64,000 bases of DNA. Origin: a virus. Shown here piece by piece: positions 8,908-17,584 of the stretch; position 1 is the first letter of the stretch, and every line of letters begins with the position of its first letter. The translations under genes and the position numbers were made by a program. The notes beneath the pieces were generated by a model. That model was not told the origin of the DNA and ran no database searches. It was given only the letters and a program-made list of their open reading frames with translations. The DNA lies in the IMG/VR virus record IMGVR_UViG_3300027969_003844, positions 32,001 to 96,000 of that record; one strand, given 5' to 3'.

Positions 8908-9090
8908 TTAAAGTGATTTGATATGATTGATAACGGTGATTGCTTCTTTATAATCAGAATCTTCAAGCATCTGATTTTCATTTAGTTCTGTTATCATTTT
9001 TCTTGCAAGTACTTGCAACTCAAAATTTGACAGTGGATAAGCCTGTGTCCAACGAATTTTATATCCGTTGAGGTGATCTTTATTTTCCAT
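8908..9090 (-). CDS. hypothetical protein
   Basis: 60 aa ORF. Confidence 0.55.
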   Translation of the reverse strand: MENKDHLNGYKIRWTQAYPLSNFELQVLARKMITELNENQMLEDSDYKEAITVINHIKSL

Positions 9091-9093
9091 GAA

Positions 9094-9243
9094 TTAAGCC
9101 ATTTCGCTCAACTGGTCATTGACGCCCATGTTCTTAAAAGCATCAAGTACAAATGTAACTGGTACATTCAATTGCTTGGCGATTTCATTGGCACTAAGAC
9201 CTTCAATAAAAAGTTCCTGGATGTCGTAATCCAATTCTGCCAT
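9094..9243 (-). CDS. small HTH-like protein (49 aa, not in ORF track)
   Basis: IQELFIEGLSANEIAKQLNVPVTFV is HTH-like. Confidence 0.55.
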   Translation of the reverse strand: MAELDYDIQELFIEGLSANEIAKQLNVPVTFVLDAFKNMGVNDQLSEMA

Positions 9244-9248
9244 TTTAC

Positions 9249-9485
9249 TCATTTTGTTTCCGTTTCAAGTTGTTGAATTTGAGCTTCTAAAAGATTAGCA
9301 TGAGCATTGCATAGCCCTGCTATCACTTTCATGATGCGTTGACGAGTTTGCAAATCAGTAGTCTGATATTGCGTTAGTCCATTGTTAATCATCTTAACCA
9401 GTTCATTTATGTTAGCATGACAACCGGTAGTACAATCATTGAGTTTGTCATTGGCTGCCTGCTGTTTGCTACGGTATCCACTCAT
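9249..9485 (-). CDS. hypothetical protein
   Basis: ATG 9485 with AAGGA RBS and ATGA overlap. Confidence 0.55.
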   Translation of the reverse strand: MSGYRSKQQAANDKLNDCTTGCHANINELVKMINNGLTQYQTTDLQTRQRIMKVIAGLCNAHANLLEAQIQQLETETK

Positions 9486-9946
9486 ACTGTTTCCTTTAAT
9501 GCGGCCAATGCTTCTTTCAATGAAACCAACTTGTTGCCTTTGTATGGCGAGCCAACAAACCATTCGCCGTCACGCATGATATAATAGTATTCGGCATCAC
9601 ACGCATCTACGCGATCAAGAAAGTCTGCAAAGGAATGATCTACCTTAAATTCTACATTTTTCTCACCGCGGTCACGACCGTAGAAGGTAGTCATCTTGCC
9701 GTACTTTTCGGCATACTCGCTAGTAGAGATACTTGGAGTAATATCAAATTGGCTGAATGGATGCTCTTCGCCGATCTGTTCTTTGAGACTAGAGATATCA
9801 CCAAGTGCAACCAAATGATTGGCCTTAGAAGAATCATAGTGCTCTTGCAGGATCTTGCCATTATGCTCGAGATAACCGTCCCAATGACAATAAACACTTT
9901 TACAAACTGTACCATGCATAACTGCGATGCGACTACGAGTACCCAT
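9482..9946 (-). CDS. hypothetical phage protein (YCHWDGY motif)
   Basis: MGTRSRIA...VYCHWDGY; AGGAG RBS, behind a sigma70 promoter. Confidence 0.75.
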   Translation of the reverse strand: MGTRSRIAVMHGTVCKSVYCHWDGYLEHNGKILQEHYDSSKANHLVALGDISSLKEQIGEEHPFSQFDITPSISTSEYAEKYGKMTTFYGRDRGEKNVEFKVDHSFADFLDRVDACDAEYYYIMRDGEWFVGSPYKGNKLVSLKEALAALKETV

Positions 9947-9978
9947 TTTAAACTCCTGTTTTGTTTGCGTATGTATGT

Positions 9979-10042
9979 ATTATAGCACCGAACCAATAAC
10001 TCGTCAACCTGACGGGTTATTAAGTGTTGTTTTTATGCCACA
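9979..10042 (-). promoter_or_regulatory. early sigma70 promoter with upstream palindromic box
   Basis: TTGACG-N17-TATAAT; TGTTG-N8-CCACA at 10025-10042. Confidence 0.75.
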
Positions 10043-10314
10043 ACTTCTAGCATGTTGGCAGGGACATTAAACAACCCGAGACCAGTACGAACAAGAACAA
10101 ACTTGGTTTTAATCTTGTCAACTGTGCCGGTGTACGTGGTACCGTTGCGGTTGCTAGTAAACTTAACGGTACATCCATTTCGTAGTTGGCGTTTGGTTGA
10201 CTTTGCGAGTTGAGTGCGAGCAACTTGTACCGCTGAAAGTATGCTACTCAATTGCTCGTTTGTAAAAGTTTGCGTCATGATTGCGTAATTGATGTCTTGG
10301 ATAGATAGACTCAT
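10033..10314 (-). CDS. hypothetical protein with SH3/KOW-like C-terminus
   Basis: GCTVKFTS..GTTYTGTVDKIKTKFVLV; AAGGAG RBS. Confidence 0.65.
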   Translation of the reverse strand: MSLSIQDINYAIMTQTFTNEQLSSILSAVQVARTQLAKSTKRQLRNGCTVKFTSNRNGTTYTGTVDKIKTKFVLVRTGLGLFNVPANMLEVVA

Positions 10315-10325
10315 TTTGGTTCTCC

Positions 10326-10598
10326 TTAAACTAAATCAACTTGAATTTGTTTGCCACGAATCGTAGTACCAAGTCCAGTGGGCATTGGCCTGCGAAGTGC
10401 TTTAGCAAGACCTCGATCAACTGCTAGCAGGTTCATAGCATCATAGCAAAGGCTACGAGCGTTGACTGTAGCAAACTGCTCGCTCATTTGCTTGATTGTA
10501 AGGTACATACCAATGTCATTTTCACTGCCATCGCCCTTGAAAATGACACGGAATTTTTGGCTGTTTTTGAAGCCGTCAACGATAGTTGGTGTACGCAT
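10326..10598 (-). CDS. hypothetical protein
   Basis: 90 aa, AAGGA RBS, behind promoter. Confidence 0.65.
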   Translation of the reverse strand: MRTPTIVDGFKNSQKFRVIFKGDGSENDIGMYLTIKQMSEQFATVNARSLCYDAMNLLAVDRGLAKALRRPMPTGLGTTIRGKQIQVDLV

Positions 10599-10629
10599 TT
10601 CAAAGTCCTTTTTGTTTCGCTATGTATGT

Positions 10630-10715
10630 ATTATAAAGCAAAGCAGGTCCAGAGTCAACCGTTTTTTGGCAAATTCTCAGATATTTTTGGTGATTTTTGT
10701 TGTTTTTTAACAACA
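10630..10715 (-). promoter_or_regulatory. early sigma70 promoter with upstream palindromic box
   Basis: TTGACT-N17-TATAAT; TGTTG-N8-CAACA at 10698-10715. Confidence 0.8.
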
Positions 10716-10725
10716 ATCTCCAAAT

Positions 10726-11004
10726 TTATGCAGTTTTACTGACTTTAATGTCTTGGATCTTGAGAATTTGATGTTTTACAGTAGTCTTGACTGTCTTTTT
10801 ATTAAATTCGCCGTTAATGTAGTATTTTACCAGCTTGCTTTTAATATGGTATACTACATCAAAACTTCCATCATCAATGGCCCATTGATAGGGACAATTC
10901 TTCCAACTGTTGGTACGTTCAAACTCGTAAAAATATTTACGGTGATCACTGTTTGATGGATCAAACACTCGGACGGGTCTAAGTAAAGCATTAATAGTCA
11001 TCAT
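10726..11004 (-). CDS. hypothetical phage protein
   Basis: RPVRVFDPSNSDHRK..W..CP; AAGGA RBS. Confidence 0.65.
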   Translation of the reverse strand: MMTINALLRPVRVFDPSNSDHRKYFYEFERTNSWKNCPYQWAIDDGSFDVVYHIKSKLVKYYINGEFNKKTVKTTVKHQILKIQDIKVSKTA

Positions 11005-11019
11005 AAGAATTTTCCTTCT

Positions 11020-11220
11020 TTAATTGTAATTACTGTAATCGGGGTAATTAAAAAATTGCTCTATAAAATTGCTAATGTTTCCATACACTATGGCTTCCAG
11101 GTGTGCTTGTTGTTCTTCACTAAGTGATACATTATTATCAATTTCTTCGTGTAAAGTCAACAACCATGAATTAATTAAATCCATGTGTACCTGTTCAAAT
11201 GCAATTTTATTCTTGCTCAT
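11020..11220 (-). CDS. hypothetical protein, apparently leaderless
   Basis: ATG 11220 lies 6 nt after TATAAT. Confidence 0.6.
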   Translation of the reverse strand: MSKNKIAFEQVHMDLINSWLLTLHEEIDNNVSLSEEQQAHLEAIVYGNISNFIEQFFNYPDYSNYN

Positions 11221-11255
11221 AAGGCTATTATAGCGTATACTAGTGAACTTGTCAA
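11221..11255 (-). promoter_or_regulatory. consensus sigma70 promoter, apparently leaderless
   Basis: TTGACA-N17-TATAAT-N6-ATG. Confidence 0.8.
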
Positions 11256-11287
11256 CGATAAGTAATATACAATAATATTGTGATCCT

Positions 11288-11851
11288 ATGTTATCAAATT
11301 CTGAATATCCTGCCCTTTTATTAAATGCCGATTGGCAGCCGGTCCATATGCATCCATTGAGCACAATTACATGGCAAGATGCAGTCAAAGCAGTTTATAT
11401 GGACCGAGTAACTGTAGTCGAAGAATATGATATTGAGGTACATAGTGCCACAAGAGCCTGGCGCTTGCCATCTGTTGTGGCTCTTAAAGAATATGTTCGA
11501 CGAGACCAAACTCCTACATTTAGTCGTTACAATGTTTACCTGCGTGATGAATTTAATTGCCAATACTGCGGCAAAAGATTTGAAACACGATTATTGACAT
11601 TTGACCACGTTATTCCACGTGCTCATGGTGGCCGTAGCTCATGGCAAAATGTGGTGGCGGCATGCAGTCCTTGTAATCACAAGAAAGGTTCATTGCTTCC
11701 CAAAGAAGCAAATATGTTTCCTATTAATACTCCTTGTGAGCCTACAATGTGGGACTTATACGGTAAGGGTAGAAAACTTCCCAGCAAGTTTACTAACCTG
11801 CACGACACTTGGAGAGACTACTTGTATTGGGATAGTGAACTAGAAGCTTAA
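11288..11851 (+). CDS. HNH endonuclease (McrA-like)
   Basis: RDEFNCQYCG, TFDHVIPRAHGG, WQNVVAACSPCNHKKG. Confidence 0.92.
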   Translation: MLSNSEYPALLLNADWQPVHMHPLSTITWQDAVKAVYMDRVTVVEEYDIEVHSATRAWRLPSVVALKEYVRRDQTPTFSRYNVYLRDEFNCQYCGKRFETRLLTFDHVIPRAHGGRSSWQNVVAACSPCNHKKGSLLPKEANMFPINTPCEPTMWDLYGKGRKLPSKFTNLHDTWRDYLYWDSELEA

Positions 11852-12090
11852 GAAGTAAGTTTCTTGATCATTAGTTCTTCGGCATTTTGTCGAGATGACT
11901 CTGCCTTTGCTTCTATTAATAAAGGCAGAGTCGCTTTTATTACTGCCAAGACATATCTTTCGCCGTCTGATTTTAACTCAGAAAACATAGGACTGTTGAT
12001 GTTTATATAGGTCAGATTGGGGTCATTTAATAATTCATTCAACGACCCCATAATAATCTTAGTTACTATTGCAGTCTTATCTACGGACAT
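11848..12090 (-). CDS. hypothetical protein
   Basis: 80 aa ORF. Confidence 0.6.
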   Translation of the reverse strand: MSVDKTAIVTKIIMGSLNELLNDPNLTYININSPMFSELKSDGERYVLAVIKATLPLLIEAKAESSRQNAEELMIKKLTS

Positions 12091-12091
12091 G

Positions 12092-12700
12092 TTACCTGAC
12101 TAACCATTCGCTTAATGATACACCATTAAGCATTTCTGATACTGCATTGAGTCGTATCCAACGTGGATTGGTTGCACAGTTATCTCGCATGACCACACGA
12201 CCCAATAGTACAACCATGCCCCATTCATTTCTTTCCCACCGCGGCAAATACGGATCAATATGTTTGCCAGGATTTTTATATTCCTCGCTTAGTATCTCTC
12301 TCATCAATGGATGACCATTGGTTGGATGAATATTATGATATACTGCGTCAGGTGCTGGAACAATACCTTCAGGAATACGGTCCGCTTCGTACCAGTGTCG
12401 GAAGCCCTTGTCAATCCATTCAACCATTACTTGCTTTTCCCAAAGTAATCTATTCATTGGATCGCGAAGATGTTTACCATGCCATTCTCCTGGAGAACCA
12501 TTGGTGATAATTGCTGTAGAAGTATTGTCTCCGGCAACTACACCAATTATATCTTCATCTTGGTTAACAAGATGTGGCGAGTTACCTTGTATATAAATTT
12601 TTCCTCGATAAAGGACTACTGGCAATCCTGCTCGGTCTTCATTACTGGGGTTTCCATCACCCCATTCAAACATTTCTGCATAACCTGATGGTGCGCTCAT
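12092..12700 (-). CDS. stand-alone Peptidase_G2 / intramolecular chaperone-like domain protein
   Basis: YAEMFEWGDGNP.NEDRAG, IIGVV, YLPRWERNEWGMVVLLGRVVMRD. Confidence 0.75.
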   Translation of the reverse strand: MSAPSGYAEMFEWGDGNPSNEDRAGLPVVLYRGKIYIQGNSPHLVNQDEDIIGVVAGDNTSTAIITNGSPGEWHGKHLRDPMNRLLWEKQVMVEWIDKGFRHWYEADRIPEGIVPAPDAVYHNIHPTNGHPLMREILSEEYKNPGKHIDPYLPRWERNEWGMVVLLGRVVMRDNCATNPRWIRLNAVSEMLNGVSLSEWLVR

Positions 12701-13254
12701 TTTTCTATTAGTTCCACATTTAATTCAGCCAAAACTTTTCTATAAAGTTGTTCACCGGCAGCAACTGAGCGTTGCCAATGATCTGGTGCATCCTTATCGG
12801 CTGCGTCACTGATGTATTTCCAGACTTCACATTCTACGTTGAGTATTTTACAAGCTTTGGCCACGCTATATGCTTCCATTTCAACAATGTCGCAGTTAAC
12901 TCTGAGTTTGCCAGGCTCTGTTACAAACAAGTCTCCACTGGCACAAGTTTTGCCTTCTCCTGCAAATGTAATTGTAGAAAGACTATCTTTAAGATGCTGA
13001 CCTGGTGCCAATCCCATTGCCATTAAATTCACATCATGTTGCACAATTTTGTTGATTCTGTGAATGCCAGCAGTGACACGAATGCCACCAGCAGTTCCTA
13101 GATTAATAACACGTCGTGGATTATAGTAACTGATTAGTCTTGCTGTGCCAATGGCAGCATTGACTTTACCCACACTAATTTCAAAAACATTTTTATAGTT
13201 TTCAAATAGACCAGGTGCTTCGTCGCGCAATGCAAATAAAATTAGATCATTCAT
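12697..13254 (-). CDS. mtnN: MTA/SAH (5'-deoxyadenosine) nucleosidase
   Basis: VGKVNAA, INLGTAGG, SGDLFV, VEMEAY, KYISDAAD. Confidence 0.85.
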   Translation of the reverse strand: MNDLILFALRDEAPGLFENYKNVFEISVGKVNAAIGTARLISYYNPRRVINLGTAGGIRVTAGIHRINKIVQHDVNLMAMGLAPGQHLKDSLSTITFAGEGKTCASGDLFVTEPGKLRVNCDIVEMEAYSVAKACKILNVECEVWKYISDAADKDAPDHWQRSVAAGEQLYRKVLAELNVELIEK

Positions 13255-13807
13255 TTATCATCCCTATGATATTAACGCCAAGGTCTCTTAGCTTTTGTTC
13301 ACCGCCCAATGGTACAATGTTAACAAGAACAGCAACTGTCATTGATGCATACTCAATGCCAAGGTTGTTGTGTAATAATTTGCAAATCGCTTCAGCGGTG
13401 CCACCTGTTGCTAGAACATCATCTACAATCATTACTGGTCTGTTACCAGCAGGCACAGATGACATTAACTCCAACGTGTCAGTGCCGTACTCGAGTTCAT
13501 AAGTTTGCTTCCATGTATCGCCAGGCAACTTCCCAGGCTTACGTACAGTGTGCATGGGAATCATTAAACGATTTGCAAGAACCGAGCCCCATATGAATCC
13601 ACGGGCATCAGCCGCGAATACATCATTGATTTTTTTAATACCAGCATGGAAAGAAAACCACCTGACGCTGTTATTAAAGCCCACAGGGTTAGCACATAAC
13701 TCTACAGTATTGAGATAGTTGATGCCTGGTTTTGGCCAGTCTGGGTAAACTGGAATGCTTGCACGAACAGCTTCGGCAAGTAACGGGTTGAAGAGTGTAT
13801 TGTCCAT
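13247..13807 (-). CDS. apt: adenine phosphoribosyltransferase
   Basis: PDWPKPGI, ARGFI, VRKPGKLPG, YELEYGTD, IVDDVLATGGT. Confidence 0.93.
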   Translation of the reverse strand: MDNTLFNPLLAEAVRASIPVYPDWPKPGINYLNTVELCANPVGFNNSVRWFSFHAGIKKINDVFAADARGFIWGSVLANRLMIPMHTVRKPGKLPGDTWKQTYELEYGTDTLELMSSVPAGNRPVMIVDDVLATGGTAEAICKLLHNNLGIEYASMTVAVLVNIVPLGGEQKLRDLGVNIIGMINE

Positions 13808-13863
13808 ACACTTAATTATCTTGACTAACAATGCAATGTTAATCAAAATATATAACTGAAAAA

Positions 13864-14559
13864 TTATAACTTGATTTTTACACGAGTCAACCGAGTTTCT
13901 TGATTTGTTTGAAAATCATGACCATGTGATTTAACTACTCCAACTATAGGAAACTCTTCAGGAGTATCTGGCCACATATCAACTGTCATTGAACTGGTCC
14001 AAAAATATAAATTTGTACCATCTGTTGCACGAACCACTGAACCAGGAAAGGCCTTGCCAGCAAATTTAGCAATTAGCCTTACTGTTAATTCTAGCTTTTC
14101 ACCAATGGTCCCTTGATGTATGCTACTGTAAGACAATTTAGCAAGTTGTTCGGCTCGTTCCTCTTTGACTATTTCCCTGCGATAGCGTACAGCCATACAT
14201 GCCAAGTATGCCATGTCTGTGCGTGAATGAATTTCAGTTTTGGTAATTGTATTAATAATTTTCTGGTCGAACTCGCTCAATTTACCACTAATTGCATCCA
14301 TGGCAATGTACTGGAAATGATTACTCATTAGCTCGCCAAATTTGTAATCTTCAGCTGTTACATTGACCATGTCCAGTTTAAGTTGGTCAGCAATGACTTC
14401 TCTGTTTGGACGTAAAGTAACATTGCCAGTCTCTTGATCAAACTCTGCAAATTTTACATATTGACCTTTATTGATACGGTCTGCCATTGACACCAACGCC
14501 CATGCATCAGCAATAGGTATCAAATTAGATAGACGCTGTTTAATTTTTGCCTTTTCCAT
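13864..14559 (-). CDS. hypothetical protein with C-terminal OB-fold-like region
   Basis: GTIGEKLEL...GVVKSH...ETRLTRVK. Confidence 0.6.
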   Translation of the reverse strand: MEKAKIKQRLSNLIPIADAWALVSMADRINKGQYVKFAEFDQETGNVTLRPNREVIADQLKLDMVNVTAEDYKFGELMSNHFQYIAMDAISGKLSEFDQKIINTITKTEIHSRTDMAYLACMAVRYRREIVKEERAEQLAKLSYSSIHQGTIGEKLELTVRLIAKFAGKAFPGSVVRATDGTNLYFWTSSMTVDMWPDTPEEFPIVGVVKSHGHDFQTNQETRLTRVKIKL

Positions 14560-14560
14560 A

Positions 14561-14755
14561 TTAGCGACTTAAAATATCAATGACACGTTGTTGTAAAATG
14601 TCTATTTCTTCTTGGCCAACATAAAAATCAGTGGTAGGATCATAATATTGATTTTCCTTGGTATCGTAGTACAACACGCGATCAACAAACCAGAAAGGGC
14701 CTTGTAGTCCCTTTCTGGGTTTCCACTTGTCCAGTACATTGTACGACATTAGCAA
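14561..14755 (-). CDS. hypothetical phage protein
   Basis: GLQGPF...VLYYDTKENQYYDPTTDFY. Confidence 0.65.
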   Translation of the reverse strand: MLMSYNVLDKWKPRKGLQGPFWFVDRVLYYDTKENQYYDPTTDFYVGQEEIDILQQRVIDILSR

Positions 14756-15138
14756 GCCTTGTAAAATAGATCCACTGATTCCGAATAGTAGCCGTTGCTT
14801 TCACCTAACCAACGAACGTCCACGTAGCCCCGGCGGGTTGCAAACTTGTAGAAGGTGTAGCTGTAGCTGTCGGCGTACTCTGGCTCTGGACCAATGTATC
14901 CGCTCACTTCCACAGCCATCAACATGGGCTCACCTACCAGGTCCTGTAGGTCACCTACTATATCTTCAATGTTTACTGATTCACAGCAGTCCTGGTAGTG
15001 GGCAAATACGAAACGTTCGCCCTCTGCGGTTACGAAAGTCATCTCGCTATCGCCAACTGAACCAGTTACTTGGACAAAGATCTTGCCCTTCATCAGCTCT
15101 AGTCCTTTTGCAGTATCGATCATGTTATCGTAGTTCAA
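14749..15138 (-). CDS. hypothetical phage protein (HxQDCCE motif)
   Basis: HYQDCCESVNIEDIVGDL...WLGESNGYYSE; start uncertain. Confidence 0.7.
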   Translation of the reverse strand: MNYDNMIDTAKGLELMKGKIFVQVTGSVGDSEMTFVTAEGERFVFAHYQDCCESVNIEDIVGDLQDLVGEPMLMAVEVSGYIGPEPEYADSYSYTFYKFATRRGYVDVRWLGESNGYYSESVDLFYKAC

Positions 15139-15171
15139 CTGGTTCACCTTATTTTGTTCCGTTATGATGCT

Positions 15172-15227
15172 ATTATGCATTAAGTAGACCAAAATGTCAA
15201 CCAGATTTTAGTTGTATTTTTACAACA
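15172..15227 (-). promoter_or_regulatory. early sigma70 promoter with upstream palindromic box
   Basis: TTGACA-N17-CATAAT; AGTTG-N8-CAACA at 15210-15227. Confidence 0.75.
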
Positions 15228-15230
15228 AAA

Positions 15231-15674
15231 TTACCCAGAAATCCCCAGTTTAACACCGTGTTGTTTCATTGTGTCTTTCCAGATGAAAAACGTAGTTTGA
15301 CCGTGAGTCATTACTTCGTGTGTTTCCCATTCCCATTGATGGACCATTTCATGAGCAACAACATTGATAAATTTTTGAAAATTGGGCCAGTGTTTTTGTA
15401 GCCGAATGTATTTGGTATACGGCTCACCCCATCTACTCTTTCGGGCAAATCCTTCACATTCTCCCCAAAAATTTTTAGTTTTGTAATCACGTACAATTAA
15501 TTTTGGTCTTGGAAGAGTGTTTCCAAAAATGCTTCTGTTTAGTGCGTCGTATACAATTTCAGCACTTTCCTGCGATGCTATATACGGAACATTTTTACCT
15601 AAGATATCAGCCTGACTCACCAGAGTCTGTAATCGTGGCTGACGTGTTTGTTTTAATTGAAGCCGAGTTGACAT
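15231..15674 (-). CDS. SprT-like zinc metalloprotease
   Basis: VAHEMVHQW...HG..F. Confidence 0.8.
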   Translation of the reverse strand: MSTRLQLKQTRQPRLQTLVSQADILGKNVPYIASQESAEIVYDALNRSIFGNTLPRPKLIVRDYKTKNFWGECEGFARKSRWGEPYTKYIRLQKHWPNFQKFINVVAHEMVHQWEWETHEVMTHGQTTFFIWKDTMKQHGVKLGISG

Positions 15675-15759
15675 AAATCCCCTGCTAAAGCCATAGTAGC
15701 TAGAAGTATTTATTGTATGTCAATGTTTATAAAGTACTGCTGAAGTGTATGATAAACTG

Positions 15760-16374
15760 CTAACTTAATTGTTCTCTTAGCATGACTTCACCAATTTCAA
15801 ACCAATTATTAAAACGACGGACTCTTAAATCAGAAAAATCATGATTCCATGGCTGGCTTATTAAGTAAGTTGCATGACCAGCATCTGCACTTGCTATTGC
15901 AGTGGCGGTTGTAGCAGTTACACATATAGAAGGATCATGTTCCTTCAGCATTGGATAAAGTGTTACTTCTCTGTTGACAACATAGACATCATTGAACACG
16001 CCCGGAAATACTAATTCTAAATTTGCACGTCTAAGAATTGCACGATTCATATCGTTGCTGGCGCGACTATAACCTACAATATGCCATCCTTGCTTTTTTA
16101 AAGTTGGCAAGACTTTCTCAGCTGACATGCAAGGATATAATGCACCCCATTGCCAAGATTGTTCACAAAATTCTTTATTCCAAAGACTTGCATGTTCGTT
16201 ACTTACGCCTAGCCAAGACCCGAAATTTTCTCTACTAGATATTTTTTCTTGTGAGACATTATTTAAACGTCCCAGTAGTCCAAGCCATTTTACAAAAGCT
16301 GTCAACGTGTCGAGGCACGTATCATCGACGTCGATGATTAGCTTTAAGGGGACCTCATCATCCTGCAAGTTCAA
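15760..16374 (-). CDS. HAD-family 5'(3')-deoxyribonucleotidase-like protein
   Basis: IIDVDDT motif I, C-terminal PWN..W.EI; probable TTG start 16374 after GGGAG. Confidence 0.7.
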   Translation of the reverse strand: MNLQDDEVPLKLIIDVDDTCLDTLTAFVKWLGLLGRLNNVSQEKISSRENFGSWLGVSNEHASLWNKEFCEQSWQWGALYPCMSAEKVLPTLKKQGWHIVGYSRASNDMNRAILRRANLELVFPGVFNDVYVVNREVTLYPMLKEHDPSICVTATTATAIASADAGHATYLISQPWNHDFSDLRVRRFNNWFEIGEVMLREQLS

Positions 16375-16666
16375 CGCTGACTCCCAAAGGATGGCCATTG
16401 GTGCGAGCAATTTGTGTAGATTCTAGTGCCTTTTGTTCTGCTACTTCAAACGTGTAGATACCTGCTGTACCTTTACCTTTTTCATGAACTTCTAACATAA
16501 CTGCAACTGCGGCTTCGTGACCATGATGAAAGATTACTTTTAATAATTCAATTACAAATTCCATTGGCGTTTGATTGTCATTTAAAATAACAACACGAAA
16601 TCGTTCTGGTTCTTTTACACCAGTAATATTTTCAGTTTTCTTAAGTGTGTCGGTTGCAGTACTCAT
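16358..16666 (-). CDS. clpS: ClpS N-end-rule adaptor
   Basis: VVILNDNQTPMEFVIELL, MLEVHEKGKG, EVAEQK. Confidence 0.93.
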   Translation of the reverse strand: MSTATDTLKKTENITGVKEPERFRVVILNDNQTPMEFVIELLKVIFHHGHEAAVAVMLEVHEKGKGTAGIYTFEVAEQKALESTQIARTNGHPLGVSVELAG

Positions 16667-16700
16667 TTTATTCCTAATTTAACTTGACTAACAATACTTA

Positions 16701-16730
16701 TCAAGGGTAACCTGTTATAGCTACCCTTGA
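16701..16730 (-). terminator. stem-loop after hsp20
   Basis: TCAAGGGTA...TACCCTTGA inverted repeat. Confidence 0.6.
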
Positions 16731-16740
16731 CAATAATCAA

Positions 16741-17169
16741 TTATTCCTTGATTAATGGGATTTTTTTTGGTTTATGTTGTTCAGGAACTAGTTTTTCTAG
16801 ATCAATTACCAACATTCCATCTTTTAGACTTGCTGACTTTACTTCAACGTGATCTGCTAACACAAATTCCTGACGGAAATTGCGCTTTGCTATACCACGA
16901 TAAACATAATTGCGTTCTACATCATCTTCTGACTTGCGTCCTTCAACCAGTAGCACATTTTGTTGTTGTGTAATATCAACTTCACTTTCGCTGAATCCTG
17001 CAACTGCCATAGTAATACAGGTGCCAAACTCTCCGACTTTTTCTACATTTACAGGCGGATATCCTGCTTTGCCACCTGGTTGATTTGTGGCCATCAGACG
17101 TTCCAGGTCTTCGAACATACGATCGAAGCCGATACCAAAGTGATGTTGTGGGAATCTTAGATTTGTCAT
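16741..17169 (-). CDS. small heat shock protein (Hsp20, IbpA-like)
   Basis: IGFDRMF, YPPVNV, MAVAGF, YRGIAKRNF, DGMLVIDL, PKKIP. Confidence 0.95.
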   Translation of the reverse strand: MTNLRFPQHHFGIGFDRMFEDLERLMATNQPGGKAGYPPVNVEKVGEFGTCITMAVAGFSESEVDITQQQNVLLVEGRKSEDDVERNYVYRGIAKRNFRQEFVLADHVEVKSASLKDGMLVIDLEKLVPEQHKPKKIPLIKE

Positions 17170-17259
17170 AATAATCTCCTAATAATTAAGCGAGTTTAAA
17201 TTTAACAACCCCTTCATGGGCATTGTTTTTGCACTTTACTAACCCTCTTGGCATTAGTA
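17170..17259 (-). promoter_or_regulatory. ROSE-like RNA thermometer in hsp20 leader
   Basis: CUCGCU pairs with AGGAG with a bulged G; two upstream hairpins. Confidence 0.65.
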
Positions 17260-17298
17260 TCGTACAATTATATTTATCATTGACCAAGGTGTCAATAA

Positions 17299-17577
17299 TC
17301 AATAAAGCCGTTTTCTTCCACCTTCTTTTGGAGGTCTACGTCCTTCTAATTCATCACGTTCGACCTGCTTGAGCCATCTGCGTCTTGCTGAGTTTGCTTT
17401 TTTTGTGCGCTCAATGTTGGGTTTAACATATTCCATTCTTTCGCGTACTTCTTCTAGTAGACCGCTGTCTTGTATCTTGTTTTTAAATTTACGTAATGCT
17501 TTTTCTACATTGCCGTCTCTGACTTCTACCTTTGACCCTTTTATTAAAGGTTGACTGTCCCTTTGATCTCTACTCAT
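17299..17577 (-). CDS. rpsU: 30S ribosomal protein S21
   Basis: VEKALRKFK.K...G.LEEVRERMEYVKP...ARRR. Confidence 0.88.
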   Translation of the reverse strand: MSRDQRDSQPLIKGSKVEVRDGNVEKALRKFKNKIQDSGLLEEVRERMEYVKPNIERTKKANSARRRWLKQVERDELEGRRPPKEGGRKRLY

Positions 17578-17584
17578 GATAATA

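Noticed and set aside
16340-16410. Possible -1 frameshift (ATG ATG AGG TCC CCT TAA) to start the HAD gene
   Set aside because: An in-frame TTG at 16374 with GGGAG six bases upstream explains initiation.
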